A model generated the notes under the pieces. It saw only the letters and a list, made by a program, of their open reading frames with translations, did no database searches and was not told the origin of the DNA. Positions 27,177-37,140 of a stretch of 64,000 bases of DNA are shown here, in pieces. Origin of the DNA: Escherichia phage vB_EcoM_EP57. Numbering within the stretch: the stretch's first letter is position 1; every line of letters starts with the position of its first letter. The position numbers and the translations under genes were made by a program. The DNA is taken from the sequence record OR544956; one strand, given 5' to 3'.

Positions 27177-28126
27177 GCAGATTAACAGAAGAGCAGAAAG
27201 CAGATATCCTTAGTATGAGTGCAGAGGGTATGTCTTCTCGTAATATTGCAGCAATTGTTTTAGGTAGTCCAACAAGAAAAAGCACAGTGAACGATTTCCT
27301 TGCACGATTAAGTAAACAAGAGCCAGTTAAAAAGAAACAACCCGTTATTAAAATTATTGATGTTGAAACTGCACCAGAGATTGCATATACTTTCCGTCGA
27401 TTCAAAGCCTTCATTTCTCCAGATCAAGTAATTCGTAGGGGTTATTTGTTATCTTACTCTTCTGCTGACCTATATACTGGTGAAGTGGAAGGTAAGAACT
27501 TGTCTTCTTATCCTCTTTTTGATATTGATCATACAGATGATTGGGAGCTTTGCCAAGATCTTTGGAACCTTCTGAACGAGGCAGATGTAGTTGTGGCACA
27601 CAACGGGTATAAGTTTGACCGTGCATACATTAACCAACGATTTGCATATCACGATATGGCTCCTCCTTCTAATTATGTAGTTGTTGATACATTGAAGGCA
27701 GCTAAGAAACAATTTGCACTTCCTTCCAACTCCCTTAAAGAAATGGGAGCATATTTCGAAACAGAAAGTGAAAAACTGGATAACGAGGGGTTCCCTTTAT
27801 GGAAAGCATGTTGTGAAGGTGATCGTGATGCTTTTGAACGTATGCAGATTTACAATGATGGTGATGTTGTTTCACTCCGTGATTTGTATATGAAAATCCT
27901 TCCGTGGATTCCACAGCATCCTAACTTATCCGCTTATTACCCAGATGAGAAAGTCCGTTGTTCTCGTTGTGGCAGTGATCACGTTCACGTTGTTACTGGT
28001 AAGCAATACCACACTGCGGTAAGTTCTTTCGATATCATTCGTTGTGAATCTTGCGGCGGTTTGTCACGTAGTAGAGCAAACACCAGATCCAAGGATAAAC
28101 GAGCAGCAACTATCATTGGAATCTAA
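27173..28126 (+). CDS. DEDD-family 3'-5' exonuclease with N-terminal HTH and C-terminal zinc ribbon
   Basis: Exo motifs IIDVETAPE, VVAHNGYKFD, YNDGD; CSRCGS...CESCGG. Confidence 0.5.
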   Translation: MSRLTEEQKADILSMSAEGMSSRNIAAIVLGSPTRKSTVNDFLARLSKQEPVKKKQPVIKIIDVETAPEIAYTFRRFKAFISPDQVIRRGYLLSYSSADLYTGEVEGKNLSSYPLFDIDHTDDWELCQDLWNLLNEADVVVAHNGYKFDRAYINQRFAYHDMAPPSNYVVVDTLKAAKKQFALPSNSLKEMGAYFETESEKLDNEGFPLWKACCEGDRDAFERMQIYNDGDVVSLRDLYMKILPWIPQHPNLSAYYPDEKVRCSRCGSDHVHVVTGKQYHTAVSSFDIIRCESCGGLSRSRANTRSKDKRAATIIGI

Positions 28127-28130
28127 TAAT

Positions 28131-28157
28131 CAGGGAGCTTATTGCTCCCTTTTTTAT
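28131..28157 (+). terminator. rho-independent terminator
   Basis: gggagc-ttatt-gctccc then TTTTTTATT. Confidence 0.55.
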
Positions 28158-28184
28158 TGACAAAAATTTTATATTAGTGTATAC
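28156..28184 (+). promoter_or_regulatory. sigma70-like promoter
   Basis: TTGACA, 17-nt spacer, TATACT. Confidence 0.45.
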
Positions 28185-28367
28185 TCTGCTAACCACAATA
28201 AAAGGAGGAAATATGAGCATTACATTAACAGGTAACGAAATTTTCGAACTGTTTGAAATGTTAGGTTTGAACTATACCATCCGATGGTGATATTATCTAT
28301 CAAGGTAGGGTAGCTTATTATGCAGACTACCCAGAAGAAGGCGCAGTAGGAATTCAGGAGGAAAATT

Positions 28368-28769
28368 ATGTCTAATGCTTTTGATAATCAGGTTGACGGT
28401 GATCACTACACAAAGATGGCAATGCAACCTATTGAACTAGCTTATTTGGTTGGTGGCACACCTTGTTTTTGCAAATTGGCAAAATATGCAACACGTATTA
28501 AAGGTGAACGTCAGATTAACCTAGATAAAGCTATTCATTGTATTGAACTAGAAAGAACCCTTATGCAAAATAACACGTATATGGTTCGTGAAAATTATCC
28601 CTCTATGACAAATGCAGCTAAACATGATCAAGCTATGCTTCTTATTGATTTCTTCACAAAAGATCCTTTAATACGAGTAGCACTGAAACACATGTATAAC
28701 TCTTCTTATGTAGATGCAATCGAAGCTATTAAACAACTTAAGGAACGTATTAGTGGCGAGCAATACTAA
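28368..28769 (+). CDS. hypothetical protein
   Basis: ORF track 133 aa; RBS AGGAGG. Confidence 0.4.
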   Translation: MSNAFDNQVDGDHYTKMAMQPIELAYLVGGTPCFCKLAKYATRIKGERQINLDKAIHCIELERTLMQNNTYMVRENYPSMTNAAKHDQAMLLIDFFTKDPLIRVALKHMYNSSYVDAIEAIKQLKERISGEQY

Positions 28770-28947
28770 ACAATATGGAGCAGGAGAAGTTTATAAAATA
28801 TTCAACCGAAAAGGTGATAAACTTTTACTAACTTTGACTATTCCAGAAACAATGTGCAAGGCGGGGTTAGACCGCCTTTTGTTTTTTAAACATAATATCC
28901 CACCAGGGGAATATACAGCTAAAAAGGTGAGCAATATTGGCAGGTGA
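28714..28947 (+). CDS. hypothetical protein (start uncertain)
   Basis: ORF track 77 aa; overlaps the end of the upstream ORF. Confidence 0.2.
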   Translation: MQSKLLNNLRNVLVASNTKQYGAGEVYKIFNRKGDKLLLTLTIPETMCKAGLDRLLFFKHNIPPGEYTAKKVSNIGR

Positions 28948-29512
28948 ACCAAAAATAATGTGGGGTGAAGGAACACCCTGGAAAACACAAGCTGAATTTT
29001 ATACTTATCTTAGGGGATGTTTTAGAAAAGCATGGATGAGACACCCTAATAAAATTAAGGTTATCAATGCAAGGCGTTTTAAAGTTGATCGTGTAGATAA
29101 AGACGGCAATGTAATGATAGACAAGAAAACTGGAAAACCAAAACAAGTTTGGAATTGTGAGTGCGAAATATGTGGACACAGAGGAGGAATGAAAGACTTC
29201 CAAGTGGATCATATTCACGCAGCAAAACAACTTCAATGTTTTGAGGATATTCCCCTTTTTGTTTTCCGTTTAATCTATGTGAAAGAAGAAGATTTGCGCA
29301 TGGTTTGTAAATTGTGCAACTCTATTCTTGCTTATGCAGATAAACAAGGTATATCTTTTGAAGAAGCGAAAGCTGAAAAAGAAGCAATAGCTTTGTGTAG
29401 AGCTAAGAAAGATAAAGCTTGGTTGAAGAAGCGTAAAATAGAACCTGAAAGCACAGTAGCGAAACGCCGCAAACAAATAGTCAAAATCCTATTGCAGGAA
29501 ATTGAAAGTTAG
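28937..29512 (+). CDS. HNH endonuclease-like protein
   Basis: CECEICGHRGG...QVDHIHA and CKLCN motifs. Confidence 0.45.
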   Translation: MAGEPKIMWGEGTPWKTQAEFYTYLRGCFRKAWMRHPNKIKVINARRFKVDRVDKDGNVMIDKKTGKPKQVWNCECEICGHRGGMKDFQVDHIHAAKQLQCFEDIPLFVFRLIYVKEEDLRMVCKLCNSILAYADKQGISFEEAKAEKEAIALCRAKKDKAWLKKRKIEPESTVAKRRKQIVKILLQEIES

Positions 29513-29548
29513 TATAAGATAACTATACTAAAAGAGAGAGGAGGTTTT

Positions 29549-30157
29549 ATGCAGATAGTATGTGATTGGGATTTAGTTGTGGCTCCATTAGATGTTGCTT
29601 GGTTAGAATGGTTGAATAAGATTAGTGGACTTGGTGTTAAGATAGACACATTCACAAAAAATGCAGACTATGATCTTACCAACTACTTTCCTGGTTTCAG
29701 GGAGGAGTTCAATATAGATCCTTACGGATTTCTGGATAATCCTCATCTCTATGATACAATGGGTTTTGTTGCAGGTATGCCAGATTTCTTAAAGTATGTT
29801 TCAAGGAAAGGTAGCAATCTTTTGATCGCAAGTGTGACAAAAGGTGGTCACTTAAGTTCTAAACATAAGCATGTTTTAAGAACATTAGATACGATTGATT
29901 TTAGCAAAGGATCTGGCAACGGCTTTTTTGCTACGAAAGAAAAATACTTATTACCTTGTGATATAGCAATAGATGACAGGGCTGATAACCTACTATATTT
30001 TCCAGATGAAGTGGTTAAAATATATTTTAATACGCCTTATAAAGATAACCATCTAGAAGAACTAAAGAAAAAACCAAATGTTGTGATCACAGGTTTAGAA
30101 GATCAGTGGCTAACATGTTTGGATGTTTTTAACACTTTGAACAATTTTAAAAACTAA
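29549..30157 (+). CDS. HAD-superfamily 5'(3')-deoxyribonucleotidase-like protein
   Basis: N-terminal DxDxV motif (VCDWDLVVA). Confidence 0.4.
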   Translation: MQIVCDWDLVVAPLDVAWLEWLNKISGLGVKIDTFTKNADYDLTNYFPGFREEFNIDPYGFLDNPHLYDTMGFVAGMPDFLKYVSRKGSNLLIASVTKGGHLSSKHKHVLRTLDTIDFSKGSGNGFFATKEKYLLPCDIAIDDRADNLLYFPDEVVKIYFNTPYKDNHLEELKKKPNVVITGLEDQWLTCLDVFNTLNNFKN

Positions 30158-30166
30158 GGAGAAAAA

Positions 30167-31165
30167 ATGACAAAACAGATTTCGGCTAGTATTATTGCGC
30201 ATTCCATTACTGAAGACGGAAAAGAGATTGTAACTTTTGAACTAGAATATCCACGTATTATTCATTCAGAATTGATGACTCACCGCCTGTTCAGTCGTAA
30301 TGCTGCTTCTAGCCGTGCTATACCTGTTAAAACACTGATTGAAATGGTGCGAAATCAACCTGCTCGTCCTTATCGTTTTGGGGCTAACCAACCTGGTATG
30401 CAGGATAAAGGTGTTGATCATGACGCTCTTATTGATGCAGGTTATACTGCTCAAGAGTGGTGGGATCTTGCCGCGCTTAGTGCAGCACGTTTTGCAGAAG
30501 AATTCTCTTTGGCAGGGTACCACAAACAAGTTGCAAACCGTCTTCTGGAACCTTTCCAACGAATTAAAACAGTTCTGACAGCAACAGAATATGAAAATTT
30601 CTGGTGGCTACGTGATGACAAAGAAGCCGATCCTACTATCGAAGCTTTGGCTAAAGAGATGCACAAAGAGTATGAAGGATCTACACCAGAAGTGCTGAAA
30701 CCAGGGCAATGGCACACACCTTATGTAGACCATTTCTATGATAATATTGGTACAGAAGGTGACGATCATTTTGTTTTTGGTGGATACTACGTTCAAGATG
30801 AATCTGGAGAAGTTGTTGTGCTTACTTTGGAAGAAGCCAAAGCTATTTCAGCTTCGTGTTGTGCACAGGTTAGCTATCGTCGTTTAAATGCAACTAAAGA
30901 TAAAGCTTTAGATATCTATGGTCGCTTGCTGACTGGGCGCAAGGTTCATGCTTCTCCGTTTGAACATCAAGCTACTCCAATTCAAGAAACATGCGAACAA
31001 TATGGAGAGAACTGTTTTGAAGATTTGTTTATCAATGCTCCTTGGGATTTTAACTCTTGGGAACCAGGTATTACCCATGTAGATCGTAATGGTAAGTTTT
31101 GGTCTGGCAATTTCAAAGGCTGGATTCAACATCGTCAACTTTTAACAAATCATACTAAATGGTGA
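30167..31165 (+). CDS. thyX: flavin-dependent thymidylate synthase-like protein (ThyX family)
   Basis: ThyX signature HR-x7-S-x-R (THRLFSRNAASSR); 332 aa. Confidence 0.55.
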   Translation: MTKQISASIIAHSITEDGKEIVTFELEYPRIIHSELMTHRLFSRNAASSRAIPVKTLIEMVRNQPARPYRFGANQPGMQDKGVDHDALIDAGYTAQEWWDLAALSAARFAEEFSLAGYHKQVANRLLEPFQRIKTVLTATEYENFWWLRDDKEADPTIEALAKEMHKEYEGSTPEVLKPGQWHTPYVDHFYDNIGTEGDDHFVFGGYYVQDESGEVVVLTLEEAKAISASCCAQVSYRRLNATKDKALDIYGRLLTGRKVHASPFEHQATPIQETCEQYGENCFEDLFINAPWDFNSWEPGITHVDRNGKFWSGNFKGWIQHRQLLTNHTKW

Positions 31166-31174
31166 TCTGTTTAA

Positions 31175-31202
31175 ATAGTTATTGACTTTAGTATTAGTTT
31201 TA
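31175..31202 (+). promoter_or_regulatory. sigma70-like promoter
   Basis: TTGACT, 16-nt spacer, TATAAT. Confidence 0.45.
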
Positions 31203-31230
31203 GTATAATATAGCACAATACTGGGAGGAG

Positions 31231-31674
31231 GTGAGTCCTCCCATTCAAAATGAAGGAGAAAATATGTCATTAGTAAATACTACAACTTGGGCTACCGTAA
31301 GCATGTCTACTGTAATGTCTACCCCTATCTGGAAACTAGAATCAAATAAACACAATGGCAATATCCCACACGAGAAACAAAATGCTGTTATTAGAGCGTC
31401 GCTTGTAATGCTGGGTATGGCTGAAGATTCACACTATTCTGTTGAGCGTAATGTGAATATCAGAAGCAATAACGATAAGCGAGTAGTGTTTGCAAATACA
31501 ACGCTTTTCACTTTCCCTGTTTCACCTAATTGTGGTTTTAAACGAATCTATCAAGAAAATGATATTTTTCATTTTGGTGATGAAGAATTTACAGGTTGGG
31601 GTGCGTCACATATTAAGATGGATGATTTCGGTAACTCTTATGATCCTGCGAAAGCAGATGATACTAATCAATGA
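31231..31674 (+). CDS. hypothetical protein
   Basis: ORF track 147 aa. Confidence 0.35.
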   Translation: MSPPIQNEGENMSLVNTTTWATVSMSTVMSTPIWKLESNKHNGNIPHEKQNAVIRASLVMLGMAEDSHYSVERNVNIRSNNDKRVVFANTTLFTFPVSPNCGFKRIYQENDIFHFGDEEFTGWGASHIKMDDFGNSYDPAKADDTNQ

Positions 31675-31925
31675 GAGGGACAATGACTGATAATAAATAT
31701 GAAGGCTGTGAAATCGAAGTCTATTTTGATGAAACTGTTGGTTGTAATGTAACTGTAATTCTAGACACTTCAAAACGTTTATCTCCTAAAAGACAAGAAG
31801 CAGACCGTCGAGCAAAAGCAAAAGGGTTTGATGACATAACTCATTTTGAAGGTTTTCTATATGCTAATGGACTTTTTAATGAAATGAAGTTTGGTTATGA
31901 TGTAGATGTTTTGAATATGCATTAA
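31671..31925 (+). CDS. hypothetical protein
   Basis: ORF track 84 aa; start overlaps upstream stop. Confidence 0.35.
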   Translation: MRGTMTDNKYEGCEIEVYFDETVGCNVTVILDTSKRLSPKRQEADRRAKAKGFDDITHFEGFLYANGLFNEMKFGYDVDVLNMH

Positions 31926-31941
31926 TAATAGGGAGGAGAAG

Positions 31942-34182
31942 TTGATTCGTTTTGTAACTAAATCTAATGGTAAGACAGAGGAGTTTAATCCAGAAAAACT
32001 TCGCAAGTGGTCTGAATTTGCAGCAGGTAAACTAAACTGGTCTGAAATTGAATTAGAAGCTGTGAAGCGGTGTTATGACGGTGTGTCTACACGTGATCTG
32101 CATAAAGCAATGATTGCAGCGTGTATTGACAAGAAAACACAAGCTTACAGTGATATGGCAGGAAGACTTCTTCTGGGTATGATTTACAAACAGGCTCATG
32201 GGGGATACCACAGTATCCCTTCACTGAATACCTTTTATCATGATATGGTAGAACGTGGACATTGGGCTAAAATGGATTATACTGATGAAGAGATCAAAGA
32301 AATAGGTAAGATTGTAAAGCATAATAAAAATCTAACTTATGGTTATTCTGTTTTACGTCAGATGGTAGATAAATATCTTATTCGAGATGCAGTAAACGAT
32401 GTGGTGCATGAGTCTCCACAATTTCTTTTCATTGGTATCGCAATGAAGGTTATGGAGATCCAACCAAAAGAACGCCGTATAGAAGATATTAAAAAACTTT
32501 ATACTTATGTTAGCGATCTTAAGATTAATCTGCCATCGCCGTATCTGACAACTCTACGAACTCCAATCAAAGGAAGTGCGTCTTGTTGTTTATTCCGTGC
32601 AGACGATACGGCAGAATCTTTAGCCATTGCTAATTACTTAGCTCATGAGTATACGTTGAATAACGCAGGTATTGGTGTTAATCTTCAAACTCGTGCCACA
32701 GGTCAAGGTGTTAAGAATAATCGTATTATTCATGGTGGTCTTCTTCCGTATCTGAAATGGATGGAAGATAGTGTTGGAGCTTCGAAGCAAGCAAGCCGTG
32801 GAGGTAGTGCTACAGTTACCTTCACCATACTTGAACCAGACTTCGACGATCTGATTCGACTGAAGAATCCAACAACACCTATAGATAAACGAGTAGACAA
32901 ACTGGATTATTCTATTGTTGTTAACCGTTCGTTCTTGCGTCGAGCAGCAAAAAACGAAGATTGGATGTTAGTTAGTTGTGATGATGCTCCTGAACTTTAT
33001 GAAGCTTTGTATAAAAGTGAAGAAGAGTTTGATGCAGTTTATGACAAAGTAAGCCGTCGTCGCATTAAGAAAAAATTTGTTAAGGCTCGTGATCTTCTGA
33101 CAGAGATTATTGTTCAACGTGCAGAAACAGGACGTATTTACATGTTCTTTGCTGACAACGTTAACAACCATACACCTTTCCTGGATACGGTGTATCAATC
33201 AAACCTGTGTCAAGAGATCTTCTTACCAACTAAAGCTTTCCACAGTATGCCGGATCTCTTTACTGGTGAGAATACAGAAGATCAAGAATTGGCTTTATGC
33301 TTCTTATCTTCTATTGTTGCTGGTCGTGTCTTACCTGAAGAATATGAGGATGTTGCATATTACACTGTATTGACAATTGACAACGTTATTGAAACAATGG
33401 ATTATCCATTTAAACATAACGAAATAACTGCTAAAGCACGTAGATCTATTGGTGTAGGTATTACAAACTTAGCGCATTATTTGGCAAGTAATTTTGTAAA
33501 TTATTCAGATGCTTATGCTAAAAAATTAATGCATGAACTTGCAGAACGTCATTACTTTTGGTTGGCAAAAGCCTCTCTGCGTCTGGCTAAGGAAAAAGGT
33601 AATGCAGAATGGATCGATAAGACCAAATGGCCTCAAGGTTGGCTACCAATTGACACTTATGCTAAAACAGTAGATAGTATCGGTAATTTTGATCTTAAAA
33701 TGGACTGGGAAGGCTTACGTGCTGAAATCATTGAACAAGGTGGTATCCGTAACAGTGTCTTGGCTGCTATTGCACCTAATGAGTCCAGCAGTTTGGTAAG
33801 CAATACTACTAACTCTCTGTACCCTGTTCGTGATACTATTATGTATAAACAAAGTCAGAAAGGTAGCGTATTATTTATTGTTCCAGATTACGAAAAACTG
33901 AAAATGTTCTACCAATCCGCCTGGGATACTCCGGCTAAAGACCTTGCAGAAATGTATGGTATCTTTACCAAGTTTACGGACCAAGGAATTTCTTGTGATT
34001 CTTGGTTAGATTATTCTAAATTGGTAGGGGGACGTTTATCAGTTAAAGAAGAGATGAAATTTATTTTGAACTTTGCTAGACTGGGTGGTAAGTCATTGTA
34101 TTACCTTAATAGTAGAACAAAATCAGCAGATTCTTTAGCACAAGAAGATTCTGATGGTGGTTGTGAAGCTTGCAAGATGTGA
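31942..34182 (+). CDS. nrdA: ribonucleoside-diphosphate reductase alpha subunit (class I)
   Basis: 746 aa; N-terminal ATP-cone; TTG start after GGGAGGAG. Confidence 0.8.
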   Translation: MIRFVTKSNGKTEEFNPEKLRKWSEFAAGKLNWSEIELEAVKRCYDGVSTRDLHKAMIAACIDKKTQAYSDMAGRLLLGMIYKQAHGGYHSIPSLNTFYHDMVERGHWAKMDYTDEEIKEIGKIVKHNKNLTYGYSVLRQMVDKYLIRDAVNDVVHESPQFLFIGIAMKVMEIQPKERRIEDIKKLYTYVSDLKINLPSPYLTTLRTPIKGSASCCLFRADDTAESLAIANYLAHEYTLNNAGIGVNLQTRATGQGVKNNRIIHGGLLPYLKWMEDSVGASKQASRGGSATVTFTILEPDFDDLIRLKNPTTPIDKRVDKLDYSIVVNRSFLRRAAKNEDWMLVSCDDAPELYEALYKSEEEFDAVYDKVSRRRIKKKFVKARDLLTEIIVQRAETGRIYMFFADNVNNHTPFLDTVYQSNLCQEIFLPTKAFHSMPDLFTGENTEDQELALCFLSSIVAGRVLPEEYEDVAYYTVLTIDNVIETMDYPFKHNEITAKARRSIGVGITNLAHYLASNFVNYSDAYAKKLMHELAERHYFWLAKASLRLAKEKGNAEWIDKTKWPQGWLPIDTYAKTVDSIGNFDLKMDWEGLRAEIIEQGGIRNSVLAAIAPNESSSLVSNTTNSLYPVRDTIMYKQSQKGSVLFIVPDYEKLKMFYQSAWDTPAKDLAEMYGIFTKFTDQGISCDSWLDYSKLVGGRLSVKEEMKFILNFARLGGKSLYYLNSRTKSADSLAQEDSDGGCEACKM

Positions 34183-34190
34183 TGAAACTA

Positions 34191-34213
34191 GGGGCTTCGG
34201 CCCCTTTTTATTG
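34191..34213 (+). terminator. rho-independent terminator
   Basis: ggggc-ttcg-gcccc then TTTTTATT. Confidence 0.5.
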
Positions 34214-34226
34214 AGGAGAATTTTAA

Positions 34227-35312
34227 ATGGCAGCAATTAATTTACACAATGAAGTTTACAAAACAGGAAAATATCCAGTATTTTTGGGGGAGCAATTAGG
34301 GATCTTTGATTCTGTTAACGTAACTTATCCAGAAATGCACAAACTCTACAAACTTCAAAAAGCACAAGATTGGGATGAAAACGAAGTTAATCTGGATCAG
34401 ACACGTAAAGATTTCGTAGCTTGTTCTAAAAACAACTATGATGTTATGATTAAAAACTTATCGTTCCAATGGGAAAATGATTCTCTTGCAAAATCAATCA
34501 TCACTTTGTTCTCTCCATTCTTGAGTAACAATGAAGCCTGTGCTATGATGATGAAGCAGAGTGAAATGGAAGTTCTCCATGCGTTAACGTATTCTGAAAT
34601 AATCCGTCAATGTACTCCAGATCCAATTGAAGTCATCAATCAGATTATGATTAATGATAAAATTTTCAATCGTATGGGTATCATTGCTGATATCATGGGT
34701 CAGTTGGAAGAAGCTGGTCATAAGTATGCTCTAGGATTGATTGAAGCTAACGATGAACTTCGCTTGCTGATTCTTAAAGGGATGGTAGCCCTGATTGGAT
34801 TAGAAGGTATTCAGTTTATATCTTCCTTCTCTGCTACTTTTGCTATGGCAGAACAACAATTGTTTGTTGGGGCTTGTAAACTGATCCAGAAAATTATGCT
34901 AGATGAAATCTTGCATGTTAAGATGGACTATGCTGTAATTGATGCATTGATGCATGACCCAATTTGGCGTAAAATTTACGAAGATAATATTGAAGAGTTG
35001 ACTTTGATCCTCGACACTGTTGTTGAACAAGAGGAACAGTGGTGTGACTACCTGTTTAGTGAAGGTCGTTTTATTGTAGGTCTTAACGCCGAATTGTCTA
35101 AACAGTGGGTTTATTTCAATGCTGCTCCTATTTATCGTCGATTGAAAATGAAAGCCAAGTTTAAAGCACCTAAACATAGTCCTTTAGCTTGGATGGAAAA
35201 ATGGTTGAATCCTGATTTGATTCAGTCAGCAGCCCAAGAGATTCAGTTAACTAATTACAAATTGAATTCAGCTAACAAAGATCTCTCTGATGATGAGGAG
35301 CTTGACTTCTAA
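34227..35312 (+). CDS. nrdB: ribonucleoside-diphosphate reductase beta subunit
   Basis: 361 aa directly after nrdA; E-x-x-H iron-ligand pattern (EMEVLHA). Confidence 0.7.
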   Translation: MAAINLHNEVYKTGKYPVFLGEQLGIFDSVNVTYPEMHKLYKLQKAQDWDENEVNLDQTRKDFVACSKNNYDVMIKNLSFQWENDSLAKSIITLFSPFLSNNEACAMMMKQSEMEVLHALTYSEIIRQCTPDPIEVINQIMINDKIFNRMGIIADIMGQLEEAGHKYALGLIEANDELRLLILKGMVALIGLEGIQFISSFSATFAMAEQQLFVGACKLIQKIMLDEILHVKMDYAVIDALMHDPIWRKIYEDNIEELTLILDTVVEQEEQWCDYLFSEGRFIVGLNAELSKQWVYFNAAPIYRRLKMKAKFKAPKHSPLAWMEKWLNPDLIQSAAQEIQLTNYKLNSANKDLSDDEELDF

Positions 35313-35521
35313 TGATTTTGAGATGTGTTGGTATAATCGACACATTCAAAGACGTTTTTGACAAAGGGGCTTCTTATGAAGCCTCCGAAATGAAGAATGG
35401 TTTTTGTGATGTATTCGGTAAACGCCCGAAGAAAAACGGCGATCCTTGGCTAGGAGTTATGTCTTGTGGTCATATTATTGTAAATGGTGTTGCCAAGTTT
35501 GAAATAATTAAGGAGGAATAA
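35312..35521 (+). CDS. hypothetical protein
   Basis: ORF track 69 aa. Confidence 0.3.
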   Translation: MILRCVGIIDTFKDVFDKGASYEASEMKNGFCDVFGKRPKKNGDPWLGVMSCGHIIVNGVAKFEIIKEE

Positions 35522-35814
35522 TGGCTGAAAAACTTATTTTTTGTCCTGTGTGCGGTGGGACTGGACAGATGGAAGTGGAAATTATGGTAACATTTCCTTG
35601 CCTGAATTGTCATGGTGAAGGACGAGTAGTAATCTTTGAAAAAGAAGAGGTGGAAGATGGAGAAGAGTATGTCCGTATTCCACGAGAATTAACAGATCAC
35701 ATTGCAGAAGCAATAGCTTTCGAAGCTAGATGTTGTGGAGGCATTGCTTACGATATTTATGAAGCAATTATTAAAGCTGCTCAAGAAGAGGAGGAGATGA
35801 AAAATGGGTATTGA
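35521..35814 (+). CDS. hypothetical zinc-ribbon protein
   Basis: CPVCGG...CLNCHG. Confidence 0.35.
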   Translation: MAEKLIFCPVCGGTGQMEVEIMVTFPCLNCHGEGRVVIFEKEEVEDGEEYVRIPRELTDHIAEAIAFEARCCGGIAYDIYEAIIKAAQEEEEMKNGY

Positions 35815-36130
35815 TATCGAATGGCGTATGTTACAGGGTGCACCTTTTAATAAGTGGGAAGAGGCTGTAGGAGAAGATCCTAGAATTGAAGAAGAATTTG
35901 ACGGAGATTTTAACTGGTTCTTACAAGAAGGTCTGGACTTAAGCCGCATCTCTCCTTTCTACGATGCGGATGAGTCTTATTGCATATATGGCCTTGATTT
36001 AGAAGGCGGAGAGGGAAGCATAGCTGTAGATCTTGAGCAATTGAATGAGAATGCAAAAGAAGCCTATGCAAAGCTACTTGAAAAATATAACATTAAAACG
36101 GAAACTATTATTTCTCAACATGTTTGGTAA
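35804..36130 (+). CDS. hypothetical protein
   Basis: ORF track 108 aa. Confidence 0.35.
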   Translation: MGIDIEWRMLQGAPFNKWEEAVGEDPRIEEEFDGDFNWFLQEGLDLSRISPFYDADESYCIYGLDLEGGEGSIAVDLEQLNENAKEAYAKLLEKYNIKTETIISQHVW

Positions 36131-36139
36131 GGAGAACTG

Positions 36140-37132
36140 ATGCGCTATCTGGTAACAGGTGGTCTTGGTTTTATTGGGAGTGCCGTGGTGCGCTCTCTTT
36201 GTCAAGATCCTAATAACGAAGTTTTTGTCGTTGATAAGATGGGCTATGCAGCAGATATTGAGAATGTAGGCGATATCACTCACGTTAAACTAAGCATAAC
36301 AGATTTGGCAAACGAAACCCAGGTCAAAAGTTTAGTAGTAGAGTGCAATCCTGACTTCATCATTCACTTAGCGGCAGAAAGTCATGTGGATAATTCTATC
36401 AAGAATCCACGAGTTTTCATCGACTCCAATATTATCGGTACATACAATTTATTGGAAGCTGCAAGGCTCCTCCCAAAAAATAAACTGAAGATGTTCGTAC
36501 ACGTCTCCACAGACGAAGTGTACGGCGATATGGCAGACTCTGGCGTTCCCTTTACCGAAAAGACAGCTTATGCCCCTTCAAGCCCGTACAGTGCGTCTAA
36601 GGCAGCATCTGACCATCTTGTGAAAGCTTGGCACCGCACCTACGATTTGCCTGTTGTGATAACCAACTGCTCCAATAACTTTGGGCCTTATCAACATCCA
36701 GAAAAGCTGATCCCAAAAATCATCACAAGTATCTTGACGAATAAAGAGATTCCGGTGTATGGTAAAGGCGACCAGGTGCGAGACTGGCTTTTTGTTGAGG
36801 ATCATGCGCGAGCTATTCTTCAAGTGGCAACAGGTGGAGAACCAGGTCAAACGTATAATGTTGGAACACGTAATCCCAAAACCAATATGGAGATCATCTA
36901 TATGGTTTGTGACTATATGGATACTGTACATCCAGAAGCAGTAACCTACCCTTCTTCCAACTTGATAACTTTTGTTGAAGATCGTAAAGGACATGACTTG
37001 CGTTATGAAATCAATCCTTCTAAGATAGAGTCTGAACTGGGCTGGAGTGCAAACTCTACATTTGAACAAGATCTCTACTCAACGATTGAATGGTACTTAA
37101 ACAACCCTCAATGGTGGAGTGAGAAAATTTAA
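36140..37132 (+). CDS. rmlB: dTDP-glucose 4,6-dehydratase
   Basis: [12 protein letters not shown]-binding motif; [20 protein letters not shown] catalytic block; followed by rmlA/C/D. Confidence 0.75.
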   Translation: MRYLVTGGLGFIGSAVVRSLCQDPNNEVFVVDKMGYAADIENVGDITHVKLSITDLANETQVKSLVVECNPDFIIHLAAESHVDNSIKNPRVFIDSNIIGTYNLLEAARLLPKNKLKMFVHVSTDEVYGDMADSGVPFTEKTAYAPSSPYSASKAASDHLVKAWHRTYDLPVVITNCSNNFGPYQHPEKLIPKIITSILTNKEIPVYGKGDQVRDWLFVEDHARAILQVATGGEPGQTYNVGTRNPKTNMEIIYMVCDYMDTVHPEAVTYPSSNLITFVEDRKGHDLRYEINPSKIESELGWSANSTFEQDLYSTIEWYLNNPQWWSEKI

Positions 37133-37140
37133 GGAGGGTT

